64,000 bases of DNA from Naegleria gruberi. Taxonomy: Eukaryota. The stretch lies in assembly GCA_000004985.1 (NCBI GenBank), contig GG738893.1. The stretch is one strand, 5' to 3'. Below are positions 10,648-23,930 of this stretch, piece after piece (within the stretch, counting starts at the first letter, position 1; every line of letters starts with the position of its first letter). The position numbers and the translations under genes are program-made. The notes under the pieces are model-generated. The model saw only the letters and a list, made by a program, of their open reading frames with translations, was not told where the DNA came from and did not search any database.

Positions 10648-11979
10648 TTAAAGTATATTTTCTAAAACTATTATTAAATCCATAACTAATATACTCACTG
10701 TTTGTAAGGGTATTGCAACATCAAAGGAATGGATAAAATATAATTGAGCCACTAAATTGGCTTCTTCTCTAGTCTTGATATTGATGGTTATATCACTTTG
10801 TTTTTGATCAGAATTTACAACAGCTTTACAAATTTTCTCTCTTGATGATAAATCATTCAAGTTGTACAATATGCTTTTGAATGCATTTTCCATTATTCTA
10901 GGAACAGTACCTGTATAATCCACAAGAATATCTATAAATTCCTCAATATCATTTAATCCTAACAACTTGAAAGCATCTAATAGTGAAATTTTGCATTCCC
11001 CTTTTTGCACAACACTTTGTTCAAGCAATATTTGAATAACTTCTTTTGTCATTGAGGACAAAAAGACAAGACAGTAATCAGAAGGTAAACTTCCTTTGAA
11101 TATTTGATTATTTTCTTGCAAAGCCAAATGTACTGGAATATGTCCACTAAATATAACAGTACTCCTAATGGGAGTAATAAGGTGAGTAACATCTGACCAT
11201 AATTCTTGAAACCGACTCAAATACAGATCATCACAACCTATCTTACATGTGTTCCATTTAGAATCTTTCAATTGTCCTTCAAAATCATTCAACAAAATTG
11301 CATCTACTTCATCAATAAATACTAAATATCCTTCAGGTAAGGATTCATCACTATTTAAAGCTTGAAATATTTGGCTTGCTGAATAATGCTCTTGATTTGT
11401 AATATTCTTCAATTTTTGGTGAAATCTTCGTCGTTGTTTTAAAAGTTCTGGTGGTGTGTTTTCTATTGCTTTTTGAATTAATTGGCATTCATAGGACCAA
11501 ACCACAAAATCAGCAATTTTTTGGCTCATACTTTCAATAGTTTGCCCTGAATAAAGAACTATGGGAAAATATCTAAAATCCAATTCAAATAACTGTAAGT
11601 CTCTAATCCATTTGTACTCCTCTTTCCATACGCCATATTTGAATTCATATACCTCTCTGAACCTTCTTACCAAACTCGTTTTACCAATTCCAAAAGTTTG
11701 AAATAGGGACACTAATTTACTATTGCTCAGAGACGAATGCTTATTGGAAGCTAAGGTATTAACGATTCGTTCAGCTTCTTTTTCACGATTTACAAATTTT
11801 AAACGTAACGTTGCGGTTGTGAGGTCTTTTGTTGCTATGCTCGTACCAATTTTGTTTGCACTATTCGTTGGCGAAGTAGGTTTGGAATTGGAAGAATTGT
11901 TGGATGTGGTGGCTTCTTGCTTGTTCTTTTTGTTGAGCATTTCGTGCTCTGCAAGTTTATCCAGTTTTCGTTTATGCAT
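10648..11979 (-). CDS. P-loop NTPase domain protein (AAA_16/ORC-Cdc6-like arrangement), 443 aa.
   Basis: FVNREKEAERI...FGIGKTSLVRRF carries a GxGKTS Walker A motif. A downstream Walker-B-like hhhhDE stretch is LVFIDEVDAIL. The N-terminus is S/T/N-rich and low-complexity. Confidence 0.5.
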   Translation of the reverse strand: MHKRKLDKLAEHEMLNKKNKQEATTSNNSSNSKPTSPTNSANKIGTSIATKDLTTATLRLKFVNREKEAERIVNTLASNKHSSLSNSKLVSLFQTFGIGKTSLVRRFREVYEFKYGVWKEEYKWIRDLQLFELDFRYFPIVLYSGQTIESMSQKIADFVVWSYECQLIQKAIENTPPELLKQRRRFHQKLKNITNQEHYSASQIFQALNSDESLPEGYLVFIDEVDAILLNDFEGQLKDSKWNTCKIGCDDLYLSRFQELWSDVTHLITPIRSTVIFSGHIPVHLALQENNQIFKGSLPSDYCLVFLSSMTKEVIQILLEQSVVQKGECKISLLDAFKLLGLNDIEEFIDILVDYTGTVPRIMENAFKSILYNLNDLSSREKICKAVVNSDQKQSDITINIKTREEANLVAQLYFIHSFDVAIPLQTVSILVMDLIIVLENIL

Positions 11980-12112
11980 TTTTTTTCGCTTAGTTTGCGT
12001 GTAATCCTCACAGTAATGGAATGGTAGCTTTCAATATTACTATTAGAATTAAGGTATTGCCTTAAAGTTTAGAAATTCTAGAAGTGTAAATTCATTCTTA
12101 TCAGGTAGTCCT

Positions 12113-13708
12113 TCAAATCTGTGAAATAGTACTTTGAGCCACATAAGTCTCTTTAAGAAAATTCTGGATTTTCTTCGATTTTTGTTTCAATCTTGTGAAC
12201 ACCTCTGTCAGAGTCAACAGTGTCTCACAAATCACCTGATCAAACAAGTTTTTTGGTGGACAATGATCAATACTACTCTTTTCACTGGCATACAATTTTG
12301 CCAAAATATCATTTCTCTTTGTAGGAAGTGAAGGAACATTCAACTCATTGAGAGCACCCTCACTGAGATAGTTTCCAACAATTTTCTTTGCTGAATTGGT
12401 AATCCTTTCTCTGTGTCTGGTCACAATATTAGTTTTGAGCAATTCATTCTCCTCTTTGTAATTGTAATAGCTCTGAACTTGTCTTTTGAAAGATTGAACA
12501 TCCTTGTAGAATAGAACACCTTCTGGACAATAGGATCTCCTTGAAAATTCCAATAAGAGTTTACACATCTCATCATTATTCAGGACAAGTTCAATTTCAC
12601 TCTCGAAAAGATTTTCTCCCTCAACAGAATCGTCTAAAATTGCCCTAATTACAGGAATTAGAACTGAAACAATTATTTCCACAAATCCTCCAATCATGAC
12701 TGAATAACTATAAGGAATGATATGAGTCAAGACTTGAGTTTCAAATACCTGAGAGCAAACAAAATAAACTATTGTGAGTAAACTCCTCAAAATTGCCAAC
12801 AGAATAGTTTCAACCTTAATAGAAAAAGTATCTCGATCAGATCTTAACGAAATCAACACAATCAGCACATCAATAGCAGAATAGAAAAACATTAAACTCG
12901 TCAATATGATACTCGGTAAATTAGTGATATAACATCCACTCACACTGAAAATACTTCCAGTTTTCATAAAGAAACGATTCGAAGCATAAAAATTGTCCTC
13001 CACAATTCCAACCAGAAACCAAACTACAATGTGAATCAATAAAACAAGTCCATAAATTCCAATAGAAAACCATAAACTTTCCATTTTCTGATTCCACCAA
13101 ATTAATCGTTGCAGAATTCGTTCATTCCAACCACTACACAGCACTGATTCATCACTTTCAGTTTTTCTCGAATCGATTGACATTCTGCTAACATCACTTC
13201 GAATTACAAACTTTTTTCGAAAATTAATTAGATAGTTCATGTAATGTTTCCATCCTCTCACAATTGAGGGCAAATTAATACAAGGACCCAACATGAAAAA
13301 CAACAAGGAATATAAGAAACAAGGAAATAAACTCCTTCCCACAACAAATCTCAAAGCACTCACGACATTGAAATAGAAATTTGTGCCCAACAATAATAAA
13401 CACAATGTAAATGACCTAGCTCTGATATGAGAGGATTTTCTCTTCCATATTAATCCAATGAGAGTAATGCAGAATATGGAAATATAACAGAATAGATAAA
13501 CTCCAGAAAATATTGGCATGACAATGGTATCAGGGCATTCCATGTTTAAAGTATTATTCGAATCTGATTGATACCTCAAATTAATGGGAAACCATGAAGG
13601 ACACTCTGAGTACGATAAGGATGTCCCATTGAGGTTGCTTTCCGTAATATTTTCATTTATGTTGTCAATAATTGAAAGCACAAGAAACTCTTCAATTGTT
13701 TGTTGCAT
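12113..13708 (-). CDS. Seven-transmembrane receptor fused to a C-terminal RGS domain (AtRGS1-like 7TM-RGS protein).
   Basis: Seven hydrophobic helices fall between residues about 60 and 350. The C-terminal segment DEMCKLLLEFSRRSYCPEGVLFYKDVQSFK...AKKIVGNYLSEGALNELNVP has RGS-box character. Confidence 0.6.
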   Translation of the reverse strand: MQQTIEEFLVLSIIDNINENITESNLNGTSLSYSECPSWFPINLRYQSDSNNTLNMECPDTIVMPIFSGVYLFCYISIFCITLIGLIWKRKSSHIRARSFTLCLLLLGTNFYFNVVSALRFVVGRSLFPCFLYSLLFFMLGPCINLPSIVRGWKHYMNYLINFRKKFVIRSDVSRMSIDSRKTESDESVLCSGWNERILQRLIWWNQKMESLWFSIGIYGLVLLIHIVVWFLVGIVEDNFYASNRFFMKTGSIFSVSGCYITNLPSIILTSLMFFYSAIDVLIVLISLRSDRDTFSIKVETILLAILRSLLTIVYFVCSQVFETQVLTHIIPYSYSVMIGGFVEIIVSVLIPVIRAILDDSVEGENLFESEIELVLNNDEMCKLLLEFSRRSYCPEGVLFYKDVQSFKRQVQSYYNYKEENELLKTNIVTRHRERITNSAKKIVGNYLSEGALNELNVPSLPTKRNDILAKLYASEKSSIDHCPPKNLFDQVICETLLTLTEVFTRLKQKSKKIQNFLKETYVAQSTISQI

Positions 13709-14422
13709 TCTTTTTGTTTTGAAGAGATAATAATCAAAGAAAATGATTGAGCATGATTGTTGTTTATTGATCCGAAAGTGACCAAAGAATAAAGTGGATT
13801 GGTTCTGATGGATTACGGCAATAATATTCTTATTCGAGAAAATTACGAACCGCTCAAACAGTTCTCAAAAATCTGTGTTAGATTGCAGTAATGGAAGAAT
13901 AAGAAAGACCTTTGGTTTGGTGCATGTTCTCTAGGCAGTGACTCTCTCAATTTATTGAGAGCATTTGAATCAGAACACTTATTAAATTTCTTGTGTTCAT
14001 CTTCGATATGAACGAAGAACTGGCTTCCTTCTTTTCTTTTGTCATCTCATCTCGTAACAGACACAGACCACCTTAGAGTGTTTGGAATAGGGAAGTGTTT
14101 CAGATTAGTTTGTTAGAAATTTCAAATGCAACATGGTAAGATAACCTACCCCCTAATTACTACGCTAAAGATGACAGAGGAACTCATTACAAAGTGTTGT
14201 TAACCAACACCTATTTATTATCTAGTTTCAAATATTTGGTAGTTGGAACACGTAAACAATTTACATCATTATTTGTTAAACCAGAGAGAACAAGCCTTTG
14301 CACACGGAAAATGAAAAATAAAATTAGATTTTGATCAAGTTCAACCTACAAGCAAAAATCATTGATGGCCTATAAATACACTACGCAGAGACACATCATC
14401 TTAAAAAAAATAAATCAAATAA

Positions 14423-16915
<2,493 letters not shown>

Positions 16916-17262
16916 TTCTGTTAAATAAAAAAAGTAAATATAATTCTTAAATAGGTCATAATTGTAATTTTCACTTCTCATTGTAAAAATTCTGTCTTGG
17001 ATCATACTAGAAATCACCATTTCAAACAAGAATTTTTAACAATAACAAGCTCAATTTTTATCTTAATAGAGCGAAGATCTGCACTTCCATACAATTTGTT
17101 TAAATTAATGATTGATGTGGAATGCTCAGAGAATTTTTGTTTCGAAATTTTCCAACATTATAAAAATATTTCAAATTATTGTGTAGTGATACAGCAGATT
17201 TTCATTTATTTACAAAATCAACTCTTCTAGAAAATCCTTAAATCTGTTCTTGCTAAGAAGAT

Positions 17263-18378
17263 TTACTTCTTATAGGTATCAACTTTCTTTGGTGGTTGAT
17301 AAACATCAACTTTGGAACAAACTCTTTCCTTCTTTGCGCAAATACTCTTATCAGCATGCTTTCTACAGACCTTCTTTCCACCAACAAAGTTATACTTGGC
17401 ACAGACCTTATAACCTTTAGATTTCTTAACACAAATCTTCTTATGAGATCTCTTGATACATCTTGCCTTCAAAGTCTTGTATTGAGTACAATATGGCTTG
17501 GCAGCATAATCACAACAGAACTTATCTTCTCTGAATGCCTTACAAACTCTAACCTTTTCTTTGAGATCACAGAATTTGCTTGGAGTCCACTTGGTACAGA
17601 ACTTGGCCTTTTCCTTCTTGATACAGAATTTGTTTCTAACAAATTTAACACACTTCTTTTCGTAACCAATCTTTTTGGCGAATTTGACATTTTCATATCT
17701 GGTACAGGTCTTTCTCTTGGCATAGGCAACACAAATGGTGTGATATTTCTTTTCCAAAATTTGCTTATAATAATGGTCAATCCAACCCTTATAATGTTTC
17801 TTACTAACTGGAACCCATTTTTGAACAGTTCTTGAGAGTTTCTTATACTTGGCACAATAGGAATGAACAGAATACTTGGCACATCTCTTCTTATGATAAT
17901 ACTTAATCTTTGGAACGTAGGTTTCTTCAACACATCTAGCCGAATGTCCATACTTTTTACAAATGAAATGATAAGCATACTCATCACATGCATTATTCTT
18001 TCCGTGATGTTTACACAATTCCTTCCATTCATACTTGGCACACATCTTGTGTTTAGTTACTTTAGTACAGAATTGTTTGTAACCATGACCCAAACAAATC
18101 TTTTCATTCTTACTATACTTATCACACTTGTGAAGTTTCTTATATTCTAAACATTTACCCTTTCCAACAAGTTTCCAATCGCAGCATTCCTTCTTGGTAC
18201 CAATCCATTCATAATCAACGCATTTACCTTGAATAGTTTTGTAATGAGTACACTTATTGTAACAATATTGTTGATGATCAGCGTAGGTATCAGTTGGCTT
18301 GTTACCCATGACAACAATGGCGGAGAGAGCAAGCAAAGTCAATCCGAGAAGGATTGGTTTGAGAATAGACTGTTTCAT
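17263..18378 (-). CDS. Secreted lysine/cysteine/tyrosine-rich repeat protein, 371 aa, with a signal peptide.
   Basis: N-terminal hydrophobic signal MKQSILKPILLGLTLLALSAIVVMG. The mature part is a tandem array of short C-x-K-Y/K-rich modules such as CAKYEWKELCKHHGKN and CVKFVRNKFCIKKEKAKFC. Codon bias is extreme (AAG, TGT, TAC, AAC, GGT). Confidence 0.6.
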   Translation of the reverse strand: MKQSILKPILLGLTLLALSAIVVMGNKPTDTYADHQQYCYNKCTHYKTIQGKCVDYEWIGTKKECCDWKLVGKGKCLEYKKLHKCDKYSKNEKICLGHGYKQFCTKVTKHKMCAKYEWKELCKHHGKNNACDEYAYHFICKKYGHSARCVEETYVPKIKYYHKKRCAKYSVHSYCAKYKKLSRTVQKWVPVSKKHYKGWIDHYYKQILEKKYHTICVAYAKRKTCTRYENVKFAKKIGYEKKCVKFVRNKFCIKKEKAKFCTKWTPSKFCDLKEKVRVCKAFREDKFCCDYAAKPYCTQYKTLKARCIKRSHKKICVKKSKGYKVCAKYNFVGGKKVCRKHADKSICAKKERVCSKVDVYQPPKKVDTYKK

Positions 18379-18589
18379 ATTGAGTCAATTAGAATCAATT
18401 AGTTTTTTTAATGTTTCGAATAGTTTAGAGACAAGGTTGAGATTTAAAGATTTTGAAACTGATTTCAGCAGTCAACCTTATTTGGACTAAGAGCCAAACC
18501 ATTATCAATCTAAACAAGTGATACAGGTCTAATCAACTATCTGACCCTGTTTCGTATATTAATCTATTGGGTTCATATTTAAAGTTGGA

Positions 18590-18790
18590 AATTTATTTGG
18601 AAAATGCATTGAATGAAACTTTACATTTTTGAAGATTTGGTTTCTAATGAGATGTTATTGTAATAAGAAATGTTTCGAGTAATTACATCTCATTAGAAAC
18701 CAAATACATTATCTAATGAGATGTTATTACTCTTATTGTAATAAATACTCGAATGAGATGTTATTACAATAAGAGTAATAAGAAATGTTT
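18590..18790. repeat. Nested inverted and direct repeat cluster (MITE-like or cis-regulatory module) immediately upstream of the 18822 gene.
   Basis: A perfect 19-bp inverted repeat TTGGTTTCTAATGAGATGT (18637-18655) / ACATCTCATTAGAAACCAA (18685-18703). Further TAATGAGATGTTATT copies lie at about 18712 and 18747. A direct repeat GTAATAAGAAATGTTTCGA occurs at about 18661 and 18772. An inverted pair TTACTCTTATTGTAATA / TATTACAATAAGAGTAA is also present. Confidence 0.55.
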
Positions 18791-18821
18791 CGAATGATTG
18801 TAAAGTTGAAACTTTAAAAAA

Positions 18822-20516
18822 ATGGAATCACCACTAAAGAAGAAGAAATTACATCATCACAATGATGAAGAAAATATTCAAATAATGAATGAACAAGATG
18901 ATGAAAATGTTAAAATAATATTATCAGATTCTTTATACGAAAGTAAACTATTCTCCAATTTACAAAATCAATTCGGAGGAAGAAAATTTAAAGAAATCCA
19001 ATCCGAACACACATATATTGATCACATTCGCTTCACACACGATGTTAAATGTATTCGAACTTGTCCAAAGAAGAAAAATTTACTCCTTCTCCACTATTCT
19101 AAAGAACTTTCCATTTATGATTTGGAAAGCAAACAAGAAATTAGAAACATTCACTTTAAAACAAGTGAAGATTTTGAAATTGATGATCAGGGAGATTTCA
19201 TCTATTACATTACTAAAGAAGATTATTTAACAAAATCTTCCTTATTAGACGAAAGAAGTAAATTAAACACAATTTGGGAAGAGAAGATTAATTATCAAAC
19301 TTTTATATTTTGTGAATCAAAGAATGAAATTTATGTAATTGATCATTTTAATACTGAATTTGTAATGATTCATGTATTGGATGTATCAAATGGGGAATTA
19401 ATTAGGGAAATTGTCTTTCCTATTATGAATTTGATTACTGAATGTGATGGTGGACATTTAACTCATGAAATTAATCAATTTTACTATGATGAAAATGGAG
19501 GAAGATTCTATCTAGCTTTTGAATCAGTTCTAGTTGATGATGAAGATTCAGACGATAAAACTATTCATTCTCTTTATGTATTTGAAGAAAAGATTGGTAA
19601 AACTAGTAAGATTCATATTAATTATTTAATTTCAATGATTGGAATTTTACAAGAGAACTATTTCTTTTGTTTAGATGAATGTAGAAATGTGCATATTTAT
19701 TCAAAGAATACAAATGAATTGAAAAATTCATTTACAATGAATAGTACTGCTCAATGTATTTATTTTGACATGTCAACCAATAGATTATTCCACAAAACAA
19801 CAAGATGTATTGAAATATTTCAATTAAATATTATAACAAAGAATGAGAGTTTTCCAATTAACAGAGAAATGTGTCAAGCTATCAAGAGATTGGGAGGCGA
19901 ATTTCCACAATATCTTTCACAACATCATCAAGTACCAAACACTGTAAATTTCTTGAGGAATATTAATTTCAGAAATACGATTTTGAAATTTGTTGACAAT
20001 GAAATTAAGGAACATTTCAGTTTAAAAGAATTACTATGTAATTCCAATATAGATAATGTGCCATGGGGATATTTAAAACAGCAAAAGTGTTGGTTATTTG
20101 TGATTTTTGAGGAGGTTTCGAATATCAATGACTTTCCAATTTACCTTTGCTCTAGTAAGGATCGACAAATACTGTCAAGAACATACACATTTTCAGAATT
20201 TCTCTCTAAATGTACACCAGTTGAACAAGTTTCAGTTTTAGAACAGGAATATCTCATTGATTTTCATAGTATCTATCAAAATTTATTACAAAAAGGTATC
20301 ATTCATCCACAAACACGTAAAATCGACCCTAACATTCTATTAGCCAAGTATAGAGAAATGGTTTGTAAAAATATTCACATAATCGAGTTGAGAAATCATT
20401 TTCAATACTCAACCATTAAATTGGAAAATACTGAATATACAAAGATGGATTTAATTGTGGCAGCTGAACGAATTTACTCTGATGCAACAATACCACAATC
20501 ATTTATTATTGAATAA
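18822..20516 (+). CDS. Hypothetical protein of 564 aa.
   Basis: Uninterrupted ORF starting in an AAAAAAATGG context. No family recognised. Confidence 0.5.
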   Translation: MESPLKKKKLHHHNDEENIQIMNEQDDENVKIILSDSLYESKLFSNLQNQFGGRKFKEIQSEHTYIDHIRFTHDVKCIRTCPKKKNLLLLHYSKELSIYDLESKQEIRNIHFKTSEDFEIDDQGDFIYYITKEDYLTKSSLLDERSKLNTIWEEKINYQTFIFCESKNEIYVIDHFNTEFVMIHVLDVSNGELIREIVFPIMNLITECDGGHLTHEINQFYYDENGGRFYLAFESVLVDDEDSDDKTIHSLYVFEEKIGKTSKIHINYLISMIGILQENYFFCLDECRNVHIYSKNTNELKNSFTMNSTAQCIYFDMSTNRLFHKTTRCIEIFQLNIITKNESFPINREMCQAIKRLGGEFPQYLSQHHQVPNTVNFLRNINFRNTILKFVDNEIKEHFSLKELLCNSNIDNVPWGYLKQQKCWLFVIFEEVSNINDFPIYLCSSKDRQILSRTYTFSEFLSKCTPVEQVSVLEQEYLIDFHSIYQNLLQKGIIHPQTRKIDPNILLAKYREMVCKNIHIIELRNHFQYSTIKLENTEYTKMDLIVAAERIYSDATIPQSFIIE

Positions 20517-20714
20517 ATAATTGATAATTGTAGACGAATCCACAATTCGAATTGAAATTAATATCTAGAAATGTTTATTGTAAAAACTCCAGTTGTACAT
20601 CAATCATAAAACGCAATATCAGCAACTGGAATGAGAAAGTGTTACATCAAGTAAACTTGTAAATTTAAGTTTAGAATAACTTTTGCATTTAGAGGTGGAG
20701 ATGAAACGTCTGGG

Positions 20715-22360
20715 TTGAGTGAACAACACAGAAAAAAAAATAGAATGCAATCCATTGATGCAGCAGTATCAATCGTGTTGGATAAAACACCATCCAGCCC
20801 AAATCTAAAACTAAAGTATGCCCAAGAATTAGAAATCAAAAAGAAACAATTCGAATATTTGCAAGATTTATCAGAATGTAAAAAGGAATGTATTCACTAT
20901 TTTATAGATGAATATCCCATTCCGTATCCTGATGATAGAAATTTCATATTAGAAATAGCCAAAAATAATCCTGAATCTATTGGAAAGTTACCTAAAGTTT
21001 ATTTGAACAATGTTGAATTTGTAAAGTTTTGTCTTGATAATGATTGTTGGGATTCGTGGACATCAATTCCAGAAGAATGTGAAGAATATATTGAATTGGT
21101 GAAAAAAGCTGTATTCAAGTATGCCAATATGTATGGCTCACTTTCTGAAAATGTCAAAAGTCAAATCGATCCAAAAGAAATGATTGAACATTGGATGCAC
21201 CTTCCTGATGTTAACCGTCAAACTATCCGATATTGCCAACAAGAACATTTGCAACATCTCGACAGACAAACACTCAAAGAATTTATTCAAAAAGATTTAA
21301 CACCAAATATTTCGCATCTCAATTTTCCAATGATAGAGAAATAGCTCTCTTACTAATCAAACAGAGAAGATACTTTGCCATTGAGATGAAATCTGATTTC
21401 AATTGGAAAGAAGATGAAGAAGCATTCGATGCCTTACTTTACTCAAAGAATAATTTAGAAATAGTTGGAAGAAAACCAGCTTATTATTCAGTATTGCAAT
21501 GTGCACCTCAATTCTTTGATGATAGAGAGTTTGTGATGAGAATTATCGATCATGATCCGAGTTCGTATTTAAAGTGCTCTGACAGATTGAAAAATGATAA
21601 GGAAATTGTACTGAAACTTCTTTCTAAAAATGGACAATTGATTGGTAATATTCCGCAATGTTTAAAGGATGACAGAGATATTATTAAGGCAACTCTATCG
21701 TCATATTCAGGATACTTTAATTATTTATCAGAAACTTTTAAAATGGATAGAGAATTAGTTTTAATTGCTTTGAGAGCACCTAAACCTTTTTTTGGAGCTC
21801 AAACAGTTGATAAGAGTTTTTACAATGATCCAGAAATAATAGACTTGATTATAAGATCAGGTTATATTGAAAAGATTGATGATTTTTCAGATTTCACAGT
21901 AGATCAAATTAAGGATTGTGTTGATTCCAATACTTATACGCCAGAGCTAAAAAATTACTTTAGAAATGCATCATTTTCTGATTGTCTGGAAGTTATAAAA
22001 CACAATCCAAGTAGTTGGACTTATTGGGATGGTTGTCAGGACTGTCCGTTCATAGATGAATTGGTTTTGACCTATATCCAACATTTGAATCCAGATTGGT
22101 ATTGTTTGCCTTACAGTTATCAATTCAAAAGCATTGAACAATTCAAGAATATTATTCGATATGATGTGAATGGTGAATTTTTACTTTGTAATGCACCAAA
22201 GGATGCATTGAATGATAGGGAAATTGCAATGCACTATGTAAAATGCCGTCCGAAAACTGTTTTTCCGGAATTAAGCCCAGAAATGCAATCTGATCCAATT
22301 ATTAGAAAGGAGGCAATCAAGAATGGATTATTGAATGCAAGCTTTATTCCATTGAAATAA
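20715..22360 (+). CDS. DUF4116-like repeat protein. The gene is split into two ORFs by an apparent +1/-1 frameshift near 21285-21300.
   Basis: About 10 tandem modules of around 30 aa end in ...DREIALLLIKQ, DREFVMRIIDHDPS, DKEIVLKLLSKNG, DRDIIKATLS and DRELVLIALRAP. Periodicity continues across the 20715..21344 and 21233..22360 ORFs, with a frame switch inside CAAAAAG. Confidence 0.5.
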
Positions 22361-22451
22361 TTATCAATTTATTGACCCTAATAATTGTGGTGTTGGTTGA
22401 ATAAATTTAAACAATACCAGTAGAATGATAATTCCATTATGAATACGATAA

Positions 22452-23483
22452 TTATTTAAATTTAGCTATGTATTTGGAGCGAGCAACCAACAATTCACCA
22501 CATGTTTCATCCAAACATATTCCAGAAACATCCTCATCAATTAAGTGCTCCATTACAATTTCCAAGTCACTCTTCCTTAAAACTAAAACTAGATTAGTAA
22601 GTGTACTAGTAAGGATGATATACTGTTTCGAAGAGTCATAAACCATTGCATAAAATCGAAATGGTTTTGGTAACTCTTTTGATTTGATAACTTTGAGTGA
22701 TGGTACTGATTTGTTTTCATCATCTATTTCATGTAATTCCAATTGATATAGAATAACCTCATCACCATATGGAATTATCACCTCATCACCAATCACTAAC
22801 AATGAAAATGCCCCATATTTAATTTTGGAATTGACACTTTCCTCATTTCCATTTTCACAATTAAATAAAGTTAAATAATCTGTAAAATTATCAACAACTA
22901 TCAAATATCGTTGTGAGTTTGTTTTGAAAATATCAATTCCAAATGCATTCACATTGGTTTCCTTACTCCACACAACACAATCTTCCCAACTACTACATCT
23001 CAATAATGGACCCAATCTAAACTTGACAATTTTAGTCTTTGTTGGCTCTTCACTATGATCCGTATAAATCAAATACAATTCATCATTCACATCATCCATT
23101 ACTGAAACTAGAGCACCATGAAAAGTTACTTCATGAATCAATGAATTACAATTTCTATCAAAAATTTCAAATTTCTCATAAGTAATAACTAAAATACAAT
23201 TGTACCGATATGAAATCTTAATATCCACATAATCTTCTGAATTGGGCAAGCCAATAGATCCAGAGTTTTTAAAATTATACGAAAATGGAACAATTCGTGG
23301 TTTTTTAAACATCTTCCGAAGCCATTCAAATTCTTTTGATATTAATTCTTGTGAGTGGCAGTGATGATCATCAATTTTCTCATCATGATCATTCGATTTG
23401 AAATCAATCAGAGAAACAATTACATTACATTCATCTTCAAACATTTTTTTTAAAATTAAATTGTAAATTCTGAAAACAACCAC
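22452..23483 (-). CDS. Hypothetical protein of 343 aa.
   Basis: Uninterrupted ORF. No family recognised. Confidence 0.45.
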   Translation of the reverse strand: MVVFRIYNLILKKMFEDECNVIVSLIDFKSNDHDEKIDDHHCHSQELISKEFEWLRKMFKKPRIVPFSYNFKNSGSIGLPNSEDYVDIKISYRYNCILVITYEKFEIFDRNCNSLIHEVTFHGALVSVMDDVNDELYLIYTDHSEEPTKTKIVKFRLGPLLRCSSWEDCVVWSKETNVNAFGIDIFKTNSQRYLIVVDNFTDYLTLFNCENGNEESVNSKIKYGAFSLLVIGDEVIIPYGDEVILYQLELHEIDDENKSVPSLKVIKSKELPKPFRFYAMVYDSSKQYIILTSTLTNLVLVLRKSDLEIVMEHLIDEDVSGICLDETCGELLVARSKYIAKFK

Positions 23484-23930
23484 ACAAATTATATCAGCAA
23501 TGTGTTGTTTCGTTCTTGCATCGAGTTCATTTTAGTGTATTGTTGCTGCTTTTCTTCTTATTACTTTCTCATATTTTATGAGAATTTTAAAAAAAAAAAT
23601 TTGATTTGCTAGCTCGGAAGTTCAAAATGCAATTTTGACAGGTAGGAAACCTCAGGTGTGAAGTGTTGCAATCATCACTGATGATATTGATTGTTTTAAT
23701 ATGAAAATCAAACAGTTGTGATGAAATTACATTGGAGAAACAGCACTATTATTTTTTTAAATTCACAACAGCAAGGAATTTTGAGGTGGTTGTCATCATT
23801 GATGATTTACTTTTTAAATAGAAAAGATGAAGATACCATCTTTTCAGAATATAAATTAGGCATTTGTAGGAAGATTATTAGGTATAAAAATAAGGAAAAC
23901 TCAGTGAGGAAAAATAATTGGAAACAAAAT

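Noticed and set aside
17296-18041. Plus-strand 179-aa ORF and minus-strand 190-aa alternate-frame ORF overlapping the Lys/Cys-rich gene.
   Set aside because: They are low-complexity mirror translations of the repeat-rich 17263..18378 CDS. The signal peptide and strong codon bias support only the 371-aa reading frame.
18590-18790. Possible CRISPR-like array because of reiterated about 15-19-bp units.
   Set aside because: The context is eukaryotic. The units are mixed inverted and direct copies with irregular spacing and no uniform spacers. The block is better explained as a MITE or regulatory palindrome cluster.
23640-23830. Possible C/D-box snoRNA or repeated element between gene 22452..23483 and tRNA-Leu (TGATGA boxes in CATCACTGATGAT and CATCATTGATGAT, about 120 nt apart).
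   Set aside because: Only weak C-box-like matches were found. I could not confirm a convincing D box plus terminal stem by eye, so the call is too speculative without a covariance-model scan.
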